From: Limisphaerales bacterium | Lineage (GTDB): Bacteria > Verrucomicrobiota > Verrucomicrobiia > Limisphaerales > DSYF01 | Direction of reading: 5' to 3' | Length of the DNA stretch: 64,000 bases | Assembly: GCA_046290825.1 (NCBI GenBank) | Contig: JBKBTZ010000003.1 | Coordinates: 9,881 to 73,880 of the forward strand | Shown: positions 10,256 to 17,621 of the stretch, piece after piece | How positions within the stretch are numbered: the first letter of the stretch is position 1 | How the letters are laid out: every line of letters starts with the position of its first letter | The notes under the pieces: model-generated | Told to the model about the DNA's origin: nothing | Database searches by the model: none | What the model saw: the letters and a program-made list of their open reading frames with translations, nothing else | Translations under genes and position numbers: made by a program

Positions 10256-10285
10256 ATCCGTGTCTATCCGTGTTCATCCGTGGTT
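10256..10285. repeat. three tandem 10-nt units ATCCGTGTCT/ATCCGTGTTC/ATCCGTGGTT abutting the nuoM(2) stop codon
   Basis: Read directly from the sequence. A single related unit (CATCCGTGGTTA) follows the family F copy at 30409..30422. Confidence 0.7.
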
Positions 10286-11915
10286 AAAAATTCAGTTGCT
10301 CCACCAGCTTCACGACGGTCGCGTCCACCACGCCCAGCACGAGCTGCGGATACAGCCCCAGCACGAACATCAGCACCGTGCCCGGCAGCACGAGCAGCAG
10401 TTCGCCGGGCGACAAGTCAGGCAGGCGCGCCCACTTCTCGTTCAGTGGGCCGCAGAACACGCGCTGAATCAGCGTCAGCAGGAAAATCGCCGTCACGAGG
10501 ATGCCGATCGTGGAAATCGCCGCGGCCCACGGCGCGAGCGGAAACACGCCCTTGAAGATGAGGAATTCGCCGACGAACCCGTTCAGCCCTGGCAACCCGA
10601 GCGAGGAGAACAACGCGATGCCCATCAAGCCGGTGAACACCGGCACCACTTTGCGGATGCCGCCAAAGTCATCCAGCCCGCGCATTCCCCCGCTCCGCTT
10701 CTCCAGCAGGCTGACGAAGAGGAACAGCGCCGACGCCGTCAGGCCGTGGTTGAACATCTGGAGCAGCACACCGTTCAACGCGGCGGCTTTCTGGAGTTCC
10801 GGCTGGTTCACCGCCGTGGCCGCGCCGGCCGCCGCAAACATCGCGAGCAGACAGTAGCCAAGGTGGTTGATGGATGAGTAGGCCAGCATCCGCTTGAGAT
10901 CGCGCTGGGCGAACGCCGCGCACGCCGAGAGCACAATGGTCAGCACGGCGAGCCACAGCAGCGGCGTCAGCACGAGGCGGATTTGCTCGGGGAAGATCGG
11001 CAGCAGGATGCGGAGGAAGCCATACACGCCCATCTTCGACATCACGCCCGTGAGCAGCATCGTCACCGGGCTGGGGGCCTCGGAATACGCTGACGGCAGC
11101 CACGTATGAAACGGCACCACCGGCACCTTCACCGCGAACCCGAGAAACGCGCCACCGAAGATGATCAGCCCGAGCGTCTGGTAACTCAGCGTCTTCCAGC
11201 CGAGAGCATCGCCAAGTTTGGTGACGATTTCGCCGCGCTTGGCCATGTCCGAGAGTTCGATGAAATCAAAACTGCCCGTCGCCAGCCGCAGCGCGAGGAA
11301 GCTCAACAACAGCGCCACGCTCCCGACCATTGTGTAGATGAAAAACTGCGTCGCCGCCGGGCCGCGATTGGGTCCGCCCCAGAGCTTGATGAGGAAGAAC
11401 GCGGGGATCAGCGCCAGTTCCCAAAACAGGAACCAGTGGAAGAAATTCAGCGCCGTGAACGTGCCGAACAACCCCGCCTGCAACCACAACACCAGCGCGC
11501 CAAAAAGGTGGGCGTTGTCAACGCTCCCCTCACCCGCCCTTCGGGCACCCTCTCCCCGTCCGACGGGGAGAGGGCCGGGGTGAGGGGCCGCCCCGGCAAA
11601 TAGACGGTTGGAGGCCAGCAACGCCAGCGGCGTGACGATGGCCGTGAGCAACAGCATCAGCAGGCCCAGCCCGTCCACGCCCAGGCGGTATTGGATGCCG
11701 AGCGATTTCACCCAGTCGAACTGCTCGGTGAATTGCAGGTCACCCGACGCGGCGTTGAAGTTCTTCCACAAAAGCAGAGTCAGGCCGAGCGAGAGGAAGC
11801 TGAAGGTCAGCGTCAGCTTGCGCGCGAGCTTCTGCTGGTCACGCAGTCCAATGACCACAACCCCGCCGAAGACTGGCAGGAGCGTGAGGATGGTCAGCCA
11901 GGGAAAACCATTCAT
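10284..11915 (-). CDS. nuoM: NADH-quinone oxidoreductase subunit M, second paralog
   Basis: 543-aa ORF whose ATG overlaps the nuoL stop (ATGA). NuoM-type sequence (MNGFPWLTILTLLPVFGG.., WGGPNRGPAATQFFIYTMVGS). It carries a repeat-encoded insert, PHPGPLPVGRGEGARRAGEG. Confidence 0.85.
   Translation of the reverse strand: MNGFPWLTILTLLPVFGGVVVIGLRDQQKLARKLTLTFSFLSLGLTLLLWKNFNAASGDLQFTEQFDWVKSLGIQYRLGVDGLGLLMLLLTAIVTPLALLASNRLFAGAAPHPGPLPVGRGEGARRAGEGSVDNAHLFGALVLWLQAGLFGTFTALNFFHWFLFWELALIPAFFLIKLWGGPNRGPAATQFFIYTMVGSVALLLSFLALRLATGSFDFIELSDMAKRGEIVTKLGDALGWKTLSYQTLGLIIFGGAFLGFAVKVPVVPFHTWLPSAYSEAPSPVTMLLTGVMSKMGVYGFLRILLPIFPEQIRLVLTPLLWLAVLTIVLSACAAFAQRDLKRMLAYSSINHLGYCLLAMFAAAGAATAVNQPELQKAAALNGVLLQMFNHGLTASALFLFVSLLEKRSGGMRGLDDFGGIRKVVPVFTGLMGIALFSSLGLPGLNGFVGEFLIFKGVFPLAPWAAAISTIGILVTAIFLLTLIQRVFCGPLNEKWARLPDLSPGELLLVLPGTVLMFVLGLYPQLVLGVVDATVVKLVEQLNF
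11526..11587. repeat. 62-bp nested palindrome (family G): CCCCTCACCC..CCCTCTCCCCG-TCCGA-CGGGGAGAGGG..GGGTGAGGGG
   Basis: The outer 10-bp and inner 11-bp stems are perfect reverse complements. A near-identical copy lies at 63472..63532. Confidence 0.8.
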
Positions 11916-14068
11916 GACTTACGCCCCCACACGAGGAAGATGACCAGCACCACCAGCGCGACGCCGAGAACACGCAGGTAGGTTTGCACGCGGCCCGTGT
12001 GCAATTTGGACAGGCCGCCCCCGCCGCGCCGGATGCCCTCGCAGCCGGCGTCGAAACCCAGGTTCACCACAAATTCATCCGTGATGCGGTAGAGCCACGC
12101 CAGCCCGACCGTGATGCCGGACACAACCATTACCGCCCCGCCCCAAATCCAACGGTCTGCGAAATCGCACGCCTTGGCGAACCACGCGTTGAAGCGGATG
12201 ACGGTGGCTTCGTAAAGTTCATCCACGAAATACTTGTTCTTCAGCAGCGCGAAGATGTCGGGCCGCGCGACTTCGAGCACGTCCGGCTCCGCCGCCGTCT
12301 TGCGCTGACGTTTGCCGTAGAGCCACCAGCCAAGTCCGAGACCGGTGAACACGATGAGCGCCGAGGCGCCCATCAAACCGAGCGTGCCGGATTCGGTGAG
12401 CTTGCTGAAGTTGAACTCCGCGTGATGCCCGTTCAGATACGACTCAAACCACGGCCACGCGGGCGTGCCAATGATTCCCAGAAGCACGGCACAAACGGCG
12501 AGGGTGACGAGCGGCCACGTCATGACGCCGGGACTTTCGTGCGGCTCCTTGGAGTGCGCGGACTTGTCCGCGCTTTTCAAGAAGGCTCCGGTCGCGTGAA
12601 CGCCATCCGACTTCGCGTGGTTCTTGGAAAGCGGCGACGAGTCGCCGCACTCCACATGCCCGCCGCGATAGTGCCCGAAAAACACCAGCGCCACCTGCCG
12701 CGTCATGTAAAACGCGGTCAGCAGCGCGCCCGCGCAGCCGATGTAGAACGGCCAGTGCGACACCGGCCAGTTGTGCGCCGCGTGCAGGATTTCGTCCTTG
12801 CTCCAGAACCCGGAGAAGAACAGCGGGAAGCCCGCAAGCGCCAGCATGCCGACCGCGTAGGTCGCGAACGTCACCGGCATGAACTTCTTCAGCCCGCCCA
12901 TGTGCCGGATGTCCTGCTCTTCATGGCATCCGTGAATCACCGAGCCGGAACCGAGGAACAGCAGCGCCTTGAAGAATGCATGCGTAATGAGATGGAACAT
13001 GCCCACCGCCACACCACCGACGCCGAGGCCCATCATCATGTAGCCGAGCTGCGAAACCGTAGAGTAGGCGAGGATGCGCTTGATGTCATTCTGGGCGACG
13101 GCGATGGAGGCGGCGAAAATTGCGGTGAGTGCGCCAACCCAGGTCACGACCTGGAGCGCAGCAGTCACCGGCACACCGTCCGCCCCTGCCCCGCCTGCTC
13201 CCATCAACGGGAACACCCGCGCCACAAGGAACACGCCCGCCGCCACCATCGTCGCCGCGTGGATAAGCGCGCTGACGGGCGTCGGGCCTTCCATCGCGTC
13301 CGGCAACCACACGTGCAACGGCAACTGGCCGGACTTGCCGACCGCGCCGAGGAAGATGAGCAGGCCAATCGCGGTTGAAACGGCCATGCCCGCGCAAGTT
13401 GTCTTGGCAACCATCGCCGCGAGCGCAGATTGTTGCAGGCAGCCAGTGCCATCCTCGGTGTAAAAACTCAACGTGCCCGTTTGCGCGTAAAGCCAGACCA
13501 TGCCGATGAGCAGGCCGAGGTCGCCGATGCGCGTAGTGATGAATGCCTTCTTCGCCGCCGCCGCCGCGCTGGGTTTGTGATACCAGAAGCCAATGAGCAG
13601 ATAGCTGGTCAGGCCGACGATCTCCCACGACATGAACAACAGCAGAAGATTGTTCGCGATGACCACGCCGAGCATCCCCGCCGCGAACAGTGACAGGAAA
13701 CAGAAGAACCGCGTGAAATTCTCGTCGTGCGCCATGTAGCCGATGCTGAAGATGAAGATGAGCGCGCCGACGAACGTGACCATCACCAGCATCACCGCCG
13801 TGAGCGGGTCGAGCACCCAGCCAAGTTGCAGCCATTGCCCGCCAAACTGGAGCCAGTTGAAATTGAAGACCAAAGGCTCCGCCCCGTGCCCGCCATGCTT
13901 GAACGTCGCCGCCAGGGCACAAAGCGAGAGCAGGAACGCGCCGACCATCGAACCGACCGCAAGCGTCCAAGCCCGCGTCCGTTTCGGCTGCGTGCTGACG
14001 GCGATCAGCCCCGCCGCCAGCAAAGGCAGCGCGGGAATCAGCCAGAGGTTTTTTACGATCCAGATCAT
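11912..14068 (-). CDS. nuoL: NADH-quinone oxidoreductase subunit L (long form, 718 aa)
   Basis: ND5/NuoL-type sequence (MSWEIVGLTSYLLIGFW, HESP, C-terminal amphipathic helix plus final TM). ATG 14068 lies 1 nt after the vapC stop. Confidence 0.9.
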   Translation of the reverse strand: MIWIVKNLWLIPALPLLAAGLIAVSTQPKRTRAWTLAVGSMVGAFLLSLCALAATFKHGGHGAEPLVFNFNWLQFGGQWLQLGWVLDPLTAVMLVMVTFVGALIFIFSIGYMAHDENFTRFFCFLSLFAAGMLGVVIANNLLLLFMSWEIVGLTSYLLIGFWYHKPSAAAAAKKAFITTRIGDLGLLIGMVWLYAQTGTLSFYTEDGTGCLQQSALAAMVAKTTCAGMAVSTAIGLLIFLGAVGKSGQLPLHVWLPDAMEGPTPVSALIHAATMVAAGVFLVARVFPLMGAGGAGADGVPVTAALQVVTWVGALTAIFAASIAVAQNDIKRILAYSTVSQLGYMMMGLGVGGVAVGMFHLITHAFFKALLFLGSGSVIHGCHEEQDIRHMGGLKKFMPVTFATYAVGMLALAGFPLFFSGFWSKDEILHAAHNWPVSHWPFYIGCAGALLTAFYMTRQVALVFFGHYRGGHVECGDSSPLSKNHAKSDGVHATGAFLKSADKSAHSKEPHESPGVMTWPLVTLAVCAVLLGIIGTPAWPWFESYLNGHHAEFNFSKLTESGTLGLMGASALIVFTGLGLGWWLYGKRQRKTAAEPDVLEVARPDIFALLKNKYFVDELYEATVIRFNAWFAKACDFADRWIWGGAVMVVSGITVGLAWLYRITDEFVVNLGFDAGCEGIRRGGGGLSKLHTGRVQTYLRVLGVALVVLVIFLVWGRKS
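12549..12654. repeat. short (about 106 bp) family F element inside the nuoL coding sequence
   Basis: Arms TTGGAGTGCGCGGACTTGTCCGCGCTTTTC (12549..) and GAAAGCGGCGACGAGTCGCCGCACTCCA (..12654). It is translated in frame as ECGDSSPLSKNHAKSDGVHATGAFLKSADKSAHS. Confidence 0.7.
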
Positions 14069-14069
14069 G

Positions 14070-14477
14070 TCATTTGATCGGCGGACAAATCAGCGGGATG
14101 GTTTCCCGTTTGTTGCGGCGATAGACGCGAAAGTCCTCCCGGTCAGTGGTCAATATCGCGCGATCCGGGTTGAGTTCACTCATGCGGATCAGGCAAAGGT
14201 CGGCAAGATCAGGGGCGCGATCCTTGTAACGGTCCGCAAGTTCCACCAAATGCATGAGATGATCGTTTGCGTCAAAAGCCACGGCTACAAACTGATCCTC
14301 CAGCAAGCCTAGAATGGCGCGGGAGTCCTGGAGAAGGTAGGCGGCCTCCGCCAGCACAGCCTCACACGTCAGCACGGGAACATCCAACTGCGCCTCGACG
14401 CCCATGGCCCAATCGTGATGCGCATCCCGCGCATTGACATACGCCACAAGGAAACCGGTGTCGGCAATGGCCTTCAT
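14070..14477 (-). CDS. vapC: PIN-domain ribonuclease toxin VapC
   Basis: ORF 14070..14645 trimmed to ATG 14477 (MKAIADTGFLVAY). It shows the PIN acidic pattern: D6, E in TCEAVLAEA, D in DLADLCL, D in TTDRED. ATGA overlaps the upstream antitoxin. Confidence 0.8.
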   Translation of the reverse strand: MKAIADTGFLVAYVNARDAHHDWAMGVEAQLDVPVLTCEAVLAEAAYLLQDSRAILGLLEDQFVAVAFDANDHLMHLVELADRYKDRAPDLADLCLIRMSELNPDRAILTTDREDFRVYRRNKRETIPLICPPIK

Positions 14478-14689
14478 CCGCGCGAGAATCCCTTTCGCAT
14501 GGACAGGTCGCGTGGCCCGTTCTTGAGATAACCAGCCCAGCGCAGATGCGGACGCCCGCCCGCCGCTGCGCGGGCCTTCTCCAACTGGTCGCGAATCACC
14601 TTGCCCTGCGGCACACCGGTGCGCTCCGAGGTTTCCGCCAGCCACTCGGCCAGCTCCTTGTTAAGACGAACTGTGATTGTATGACTCAT
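14474..14689 (-). CDS. ribbon-helix-helix (CopG-like) antitoxin, VapB-type
   Basis: 71-aa ORF MSHTITVRLNKELAEWLAETSERTGVPQGKVIRDQLEKA with an RHH-like N-terminus. It is translationally coupled to vapC. Confidence 0.7.
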   Translation of the reverse strand: MSHTITVRLNKELAEWLAETSERTGVPQGKVIRDQLEKARAAAGGRPHLRWAGYLKNGPRDLSMRKGFSRG

Positions 14690-14713
14690 ACGGCAAAAGT
14701 GTATTCGCCCGGG

Positions 14714-15025
14714 TCAGCCTTTCAAGTTTCTCACTTCATCCAAATTCGCCGTCTTGTAATGGCGGTAGATGGCGATGATGAGCGCCAAACCCACCGCCGC
14801 CTCCGCCGCCGCGAGGGCGATGGAGAAGATCACGAATATCACGCCGGTCAACGCCTCGGGATTCGGGCCGAAGCGCCAAAACGCGATGAAGTTCAGGTTT
14901 GCCGCGTTGAGCATCAGTTCGATGCCGATGAGCGCGATGATGGCATTGCGCCGGGTCAGCGCGCCGGCCAACCCGATGGCGAAGAGCAGGGCACTGACCA
15001 GGAGGCAGCCTTGGAGCGAGGTCAT
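14714..15025 (-). CDS. nuoK: NADH-quinone oxidoreductase subunit K
   Basis: ORF trimmed to ATG 15025 ([42 protein letters not shown]). 103 aa, with ATGA overlapping the nuoJ stop. Confidence 0.9.
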   Translation of the reverse strand: MTSLQGCLLVSALLFAIGLAGALTRRNAIIALIGIELMLNAANLNFIAFWRFGPNPEALTGVIFVIFSIALAAAEAAVGLALIIAIYRHYKTANLDEVRNLKG

Positions 15026-15606
15026 GCTTTCCTCCCTGAAGTTGGAGGGTGGAGGATGGAGGATGGAGCGGACGGCTCTGCCATCTTCGATTCTCGATCT
15101 GCCATCTTCGTCCCCGGCACCTCGTCGCGCATTGCAATGATGACCGCCCCAATCATCGCCGCCGTGAGCAGCAGGCCCATGACTTCGAGCGGCAGGACGT
15201 ATTTGCTCATCAGCGCGTCGCCGATGTTCTTCACGGTCACGTCCGGCGCGGCGGGCGTTTCCTTCGCGATTGCGTTGCTGTTCAACACGGCCCAGCCGAG
15301 CGCGGTAAACACGAGGGCGGAGATGATGATTCCCGCAATCCATCCCGGTGCGAGGACGGCCTGGTTTGGCGTGTCACCACTGCGCGTGAGCAGGATGGCA
15401 AACACGATGAGAATGGCGACCGCCCCGATGTAAACGAGCACCTGCGCGAAGCCAACGAACTGCGCGTGAAGTTGCAGAAACAGCGCCGCGAGCCCCGCGA
15501 ACGTCACCACGAGCGACAGCGCGCAATGAACGAGGTTGCGCAGGCTCATGGCTGCCGCGGCGGAAAGCAGCGTCACCAGTGCGAGGATTAGGAATACGGG
15601 GGTCAT
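15022..15606 (-). CDS. nuoJ: NADH-quinone oxidoreductase subunit J
   Basis: The ORF track start at 15618 is TTG. ATG 15606 ([19 protein letters not shown]) lies 1 nt after the nuoH stop. ND6/NuoJ-like TM pattern. The C-terminal 33 aa are repeat-encoded. Confidence 0.8.
   Translation of the reverse strand: MTPVFLILALVTLLSAAAAMSLRNLVHCALSLVVTFAGLAALFLQLHAQFVGFAQVLVYIGAVAILIVFAILLTRSGDTPNQAVLAPGWIAGIIISALVFTALGWAVLNSNAIAKETPAAPDVTVKNIGDALMSKYVLPLEVMGLLLTAAMIGAVIIAMRDEVPGTKMADRESKMAEPSAPSSILHPPTSGRKA
15044..15110. repeat. heptamer array GGAGGGT/GGAGGAT/GGAGGAT/GGAGCGG followed by a 21-nt direct repeat TCTGCCATCTTCG.. (family E)
   Basis: Read directly. The second part carries a partial complement (CCATCTTC) of the first. 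Confidence 0.6.
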
Positions 15607-15607
15607 G

Positions 15608-16804
15608 TCAGTCCGCAAACCGGTAGGTGCGTCGGCCCAGCCGCTTCTTTTCCATCAACCCGCGGCCAAGCAGGATGTAAGGGCCGACGACCAGCAGCGC
15701 GCAGACGATCCAGCGCGCAAAGCCCGGCCCCATGAAATGCCAGACGGCCGCGACAACCACGTTGATGAGGGCCAGGGGAATCATGAACTTCCAGGCAAAG
15801 TTCATGAGCTGGTCCATGCGCAGGCGGGGCAGCGTGCCGCGAATCCAGATGAACGTGAAGACGATGGCCAGCAGCTTGAGGAAAAACCACACATACGACG
15901 GCACCCATGTCAGGAACGGGAACGGCGCATGCCAGCCGCCGAGAAACAGGGTGATGCCCAGCCCGGCGATGGCGAACATGCCGAGGTATTCCCCAAGAAA
16001 GAAGAGGGCGAACTTGAACCCGGAGTATTCCGTGAAGTAACCCGCGATGATTTCCGATTCGGCCTCCGGGAGGTCAAAGGGGGCACGGTTCGACTCCGCG
16101 AGCGACGCGATAAAGAACAGCACAAAGCCCGCGAAGCCCCACGGCGTCAGCACAAACCAATTCGGCAGCAGGCCGGTGTGGCCCGCCTGGGCGGCGACAA
16201 TCGCATTCAGGTTCAGCGAGCCGACGATCATGATGACCGCCACAGAGGAAAGGATGAGGGGGATTTCGTAGCTGATCATCTGCGCGATGCCGCGCATGGC
16301 GCCGAGGAGCGAATACTTGTTGCGGCTGGACCAGCCCGCCATGAACACCGCCAGTTCCACCGCTCCGCCGACGGCGAAGAAAAACAGCACGCCGGCGTCG
16401 AAGTCCGCCACCGACATGTGGCGGCCAATGGGCAGCACCGCATAGGCGAGCAGCACGGGAATGAGCAGCACGACCGGAGCGAGGAAATGAACCACCTTGT
16501 CCGCCGCGCGCGGGACGACGTCCTCCTTGATGAGCGCCTTGATGCCGTCGGGAATGAACTGGCCAAAGCCGCACAGGCGGATGTCGGTGAAAGGAATGCC
16601 GACGCGATTGGGGCCGTAACGGTTCTGGATGCGGCCCAGCCCCTTGCGCTCGAAGATTGTCACCAGGGCAAACAAACCGCCGAACACGGCAACCAGCGGG
16701 GCGACTGACAGGACGGCCGAAGCAAGCGGCTGCCAGGCGTCGGGAAACAATCCGACGGCCCAGCGTTTCAAGATGACGAAAAATTGGTCCAGCGTGTCGG
16801 CCAT
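15608..16804 (-). CDS. nuoH: NADH-quinone oxidoreductase subunit H
   Basis: ORF 15608..16861 trimmed to ATG 16804 (MADTLDQFF). ND1/NuoH motifs: ERKGLGRIQNRYGPNRVG, FAESE-like LAESNRAPFDLPEAESE. Confidence 0.9.
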   Translation of the reverse strand: MADTLDQFFVILKRWAVGLFPDAWQPLASAVLSVAPLVAVFGGLFALVTIFERKGLGRIQNRYGPNRVGIPFTDIRLCGFGQFIPDGIKALIKEDVVPRAADKVVHFLAPVVLLIPVLLAYAVLPIGRHMSVADFDAGVLFFFAVGGAVELAVFMAGWSSRNKYSLLGAMRGIAQMISYEIPLILSSVAVIMIVGSLNLNAIVAAQAGHTGLLPNWFVLTPWGFAGFVLFFIASLAESNRAPFDLPEAESEIIAGYFTEYSGFKFALFFLGEYLGMFAIAGLGITLFLGGWHAPFPFLTWVPSYVWFFLKLLAIVFTFIWIRGTLPRLRMDQLMNFAWKFMIPLALINVVVAAVWHFMGPGFARWIVCALLVVGPYILLGRGLMEKKRLGRRTYRFAD

Positions 16805-16927
16805 GTTTACTTCACAGGCGGCGGCCCCTAGAGGGCCGCAGGGTTGACGGAAAACCCCCATGAATCAAGGCGTGAAACCGGGGCACGGGCGGGTGCCCGC
16901 CGGATTCAGGACACCTAACCGGCAGCA

Positions 16928-17512
16928 TTACGCGGCTTGAGTGGCGGGTTTCGCCTTCGCGTCCGCCGCCGCGCGCGCCTTGGCCTCGGCCTTGGCCTTC
17001 TCCGCGGCCAGCGCGGCATCGGAAGCCGCAGCATCGGCCGGATGAATTTTATGGTAGTGCGCGTTGGACTTGGCGAGGCGGTCCTTCGAGTAAAGCAGTC
17101 CGCCGAAGCGGTCGTCCGTGCTCAACTCGAATTCGGTGTCCATTTTGATGGATTCGAAGGGACAAACCTCCACACAGATCTGGCAGCTCATGCAGACCGA
17201 AATGTCGATGTCGAACACCGCCGGATAGAACTGCATCTGGCCCTTGTAGTCGGGCTTCTTGTCCTTGCTCTTGACGATGTAAATGCACTGGGGAGGACAC
17301 TCCTTTTCACAAATCTGGCAGGCCACACAGCGCAGCCCTTTTTCGGGGTCGTCCCCATCATAGACGAGGAAGGGAAACTGGCGGGCGTTCTCCTTGGGCG
17401 GCAGGCGCTCCTCCGGGTATTGGACCGTGGGCAGCCGGTCTTTCGAGACGTAACTCCCGAGAAAGTTTTTGGCGGTGACCGCCATGCCCTTGATGATGGC
17501 TTCGCCTAGCAT
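16928..17512 (-). CDS. nuoI: NADH-quinone oxidoreductase subunit I (2x[4Fe-4S])
   Basis: ORF trimmed to ATG 17512 (MLGEAIIKGMAVTAKNF). Two ferredoxin motifs, CVACQICEKECP and CMSCQICVEVCP. Ala/Lys-rich tail. Confidence 0.9.
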   Translation of the reverse strand: MLGEAIIKGMAVTAKNFLGSYVSKDRLPTVQYPEERLPPKENARQFPFLVYDGDDPEKGLRCVACQICEKECPPQCIYIVKSKDKKPDYKGQMQFYPAVFDIDISVCMSCQICVEVCPFESIKMDTEFELSTDDRFGGLLYSKDRLAKSNAHYHKIHPADAAASDAALAAEKAKAEAKARAAADAKAKPATQAA

Positions 17513-17519
17513 GGGGAAA

Positions 17520-17604
17520 GGTTGAGGGTTGAAGGTTGAAGGTTGAAGGTTCTCCAGGTTGAACGCACGCCAGCTGTCCCAACCTGCAACTGGCAACCTT
17601 CAAC
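17520..17604. repeat. heptamer array (GGTTGAR)x4 plus the complementary arm CAACCTTCAAC (family C hairpin)
   Basis: Units at 17520, 17527, 17534 and 17541. The segment 17594..17604 is the exact reverse complement of GTTGAAGGTTG. Confidence 0.7.
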
Positions 17605-17621
17605 TTGAAACCAACGCGCGC

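Noticed and set aside
10023-10277. 84-aa ORF (..ECGDLSPLSAGDLSPS..GDKSPHSKY) between the two nuoM genes
   Set aside because: It is merely the translation of the palindromic family F element. Its peptide 'repeats' mirror the DNA inverted repeats.
17520-17551. Possible CRISPR arrays at this and the other short tandem repeats (27400..27441, 24034..24071, 32598..32623)
   Set aside because: The units are 6-10 nt with no spacers, the arrays are under 50 nt, and there are no cas genes. They are microsatellite-like arrays, not CRISPR.
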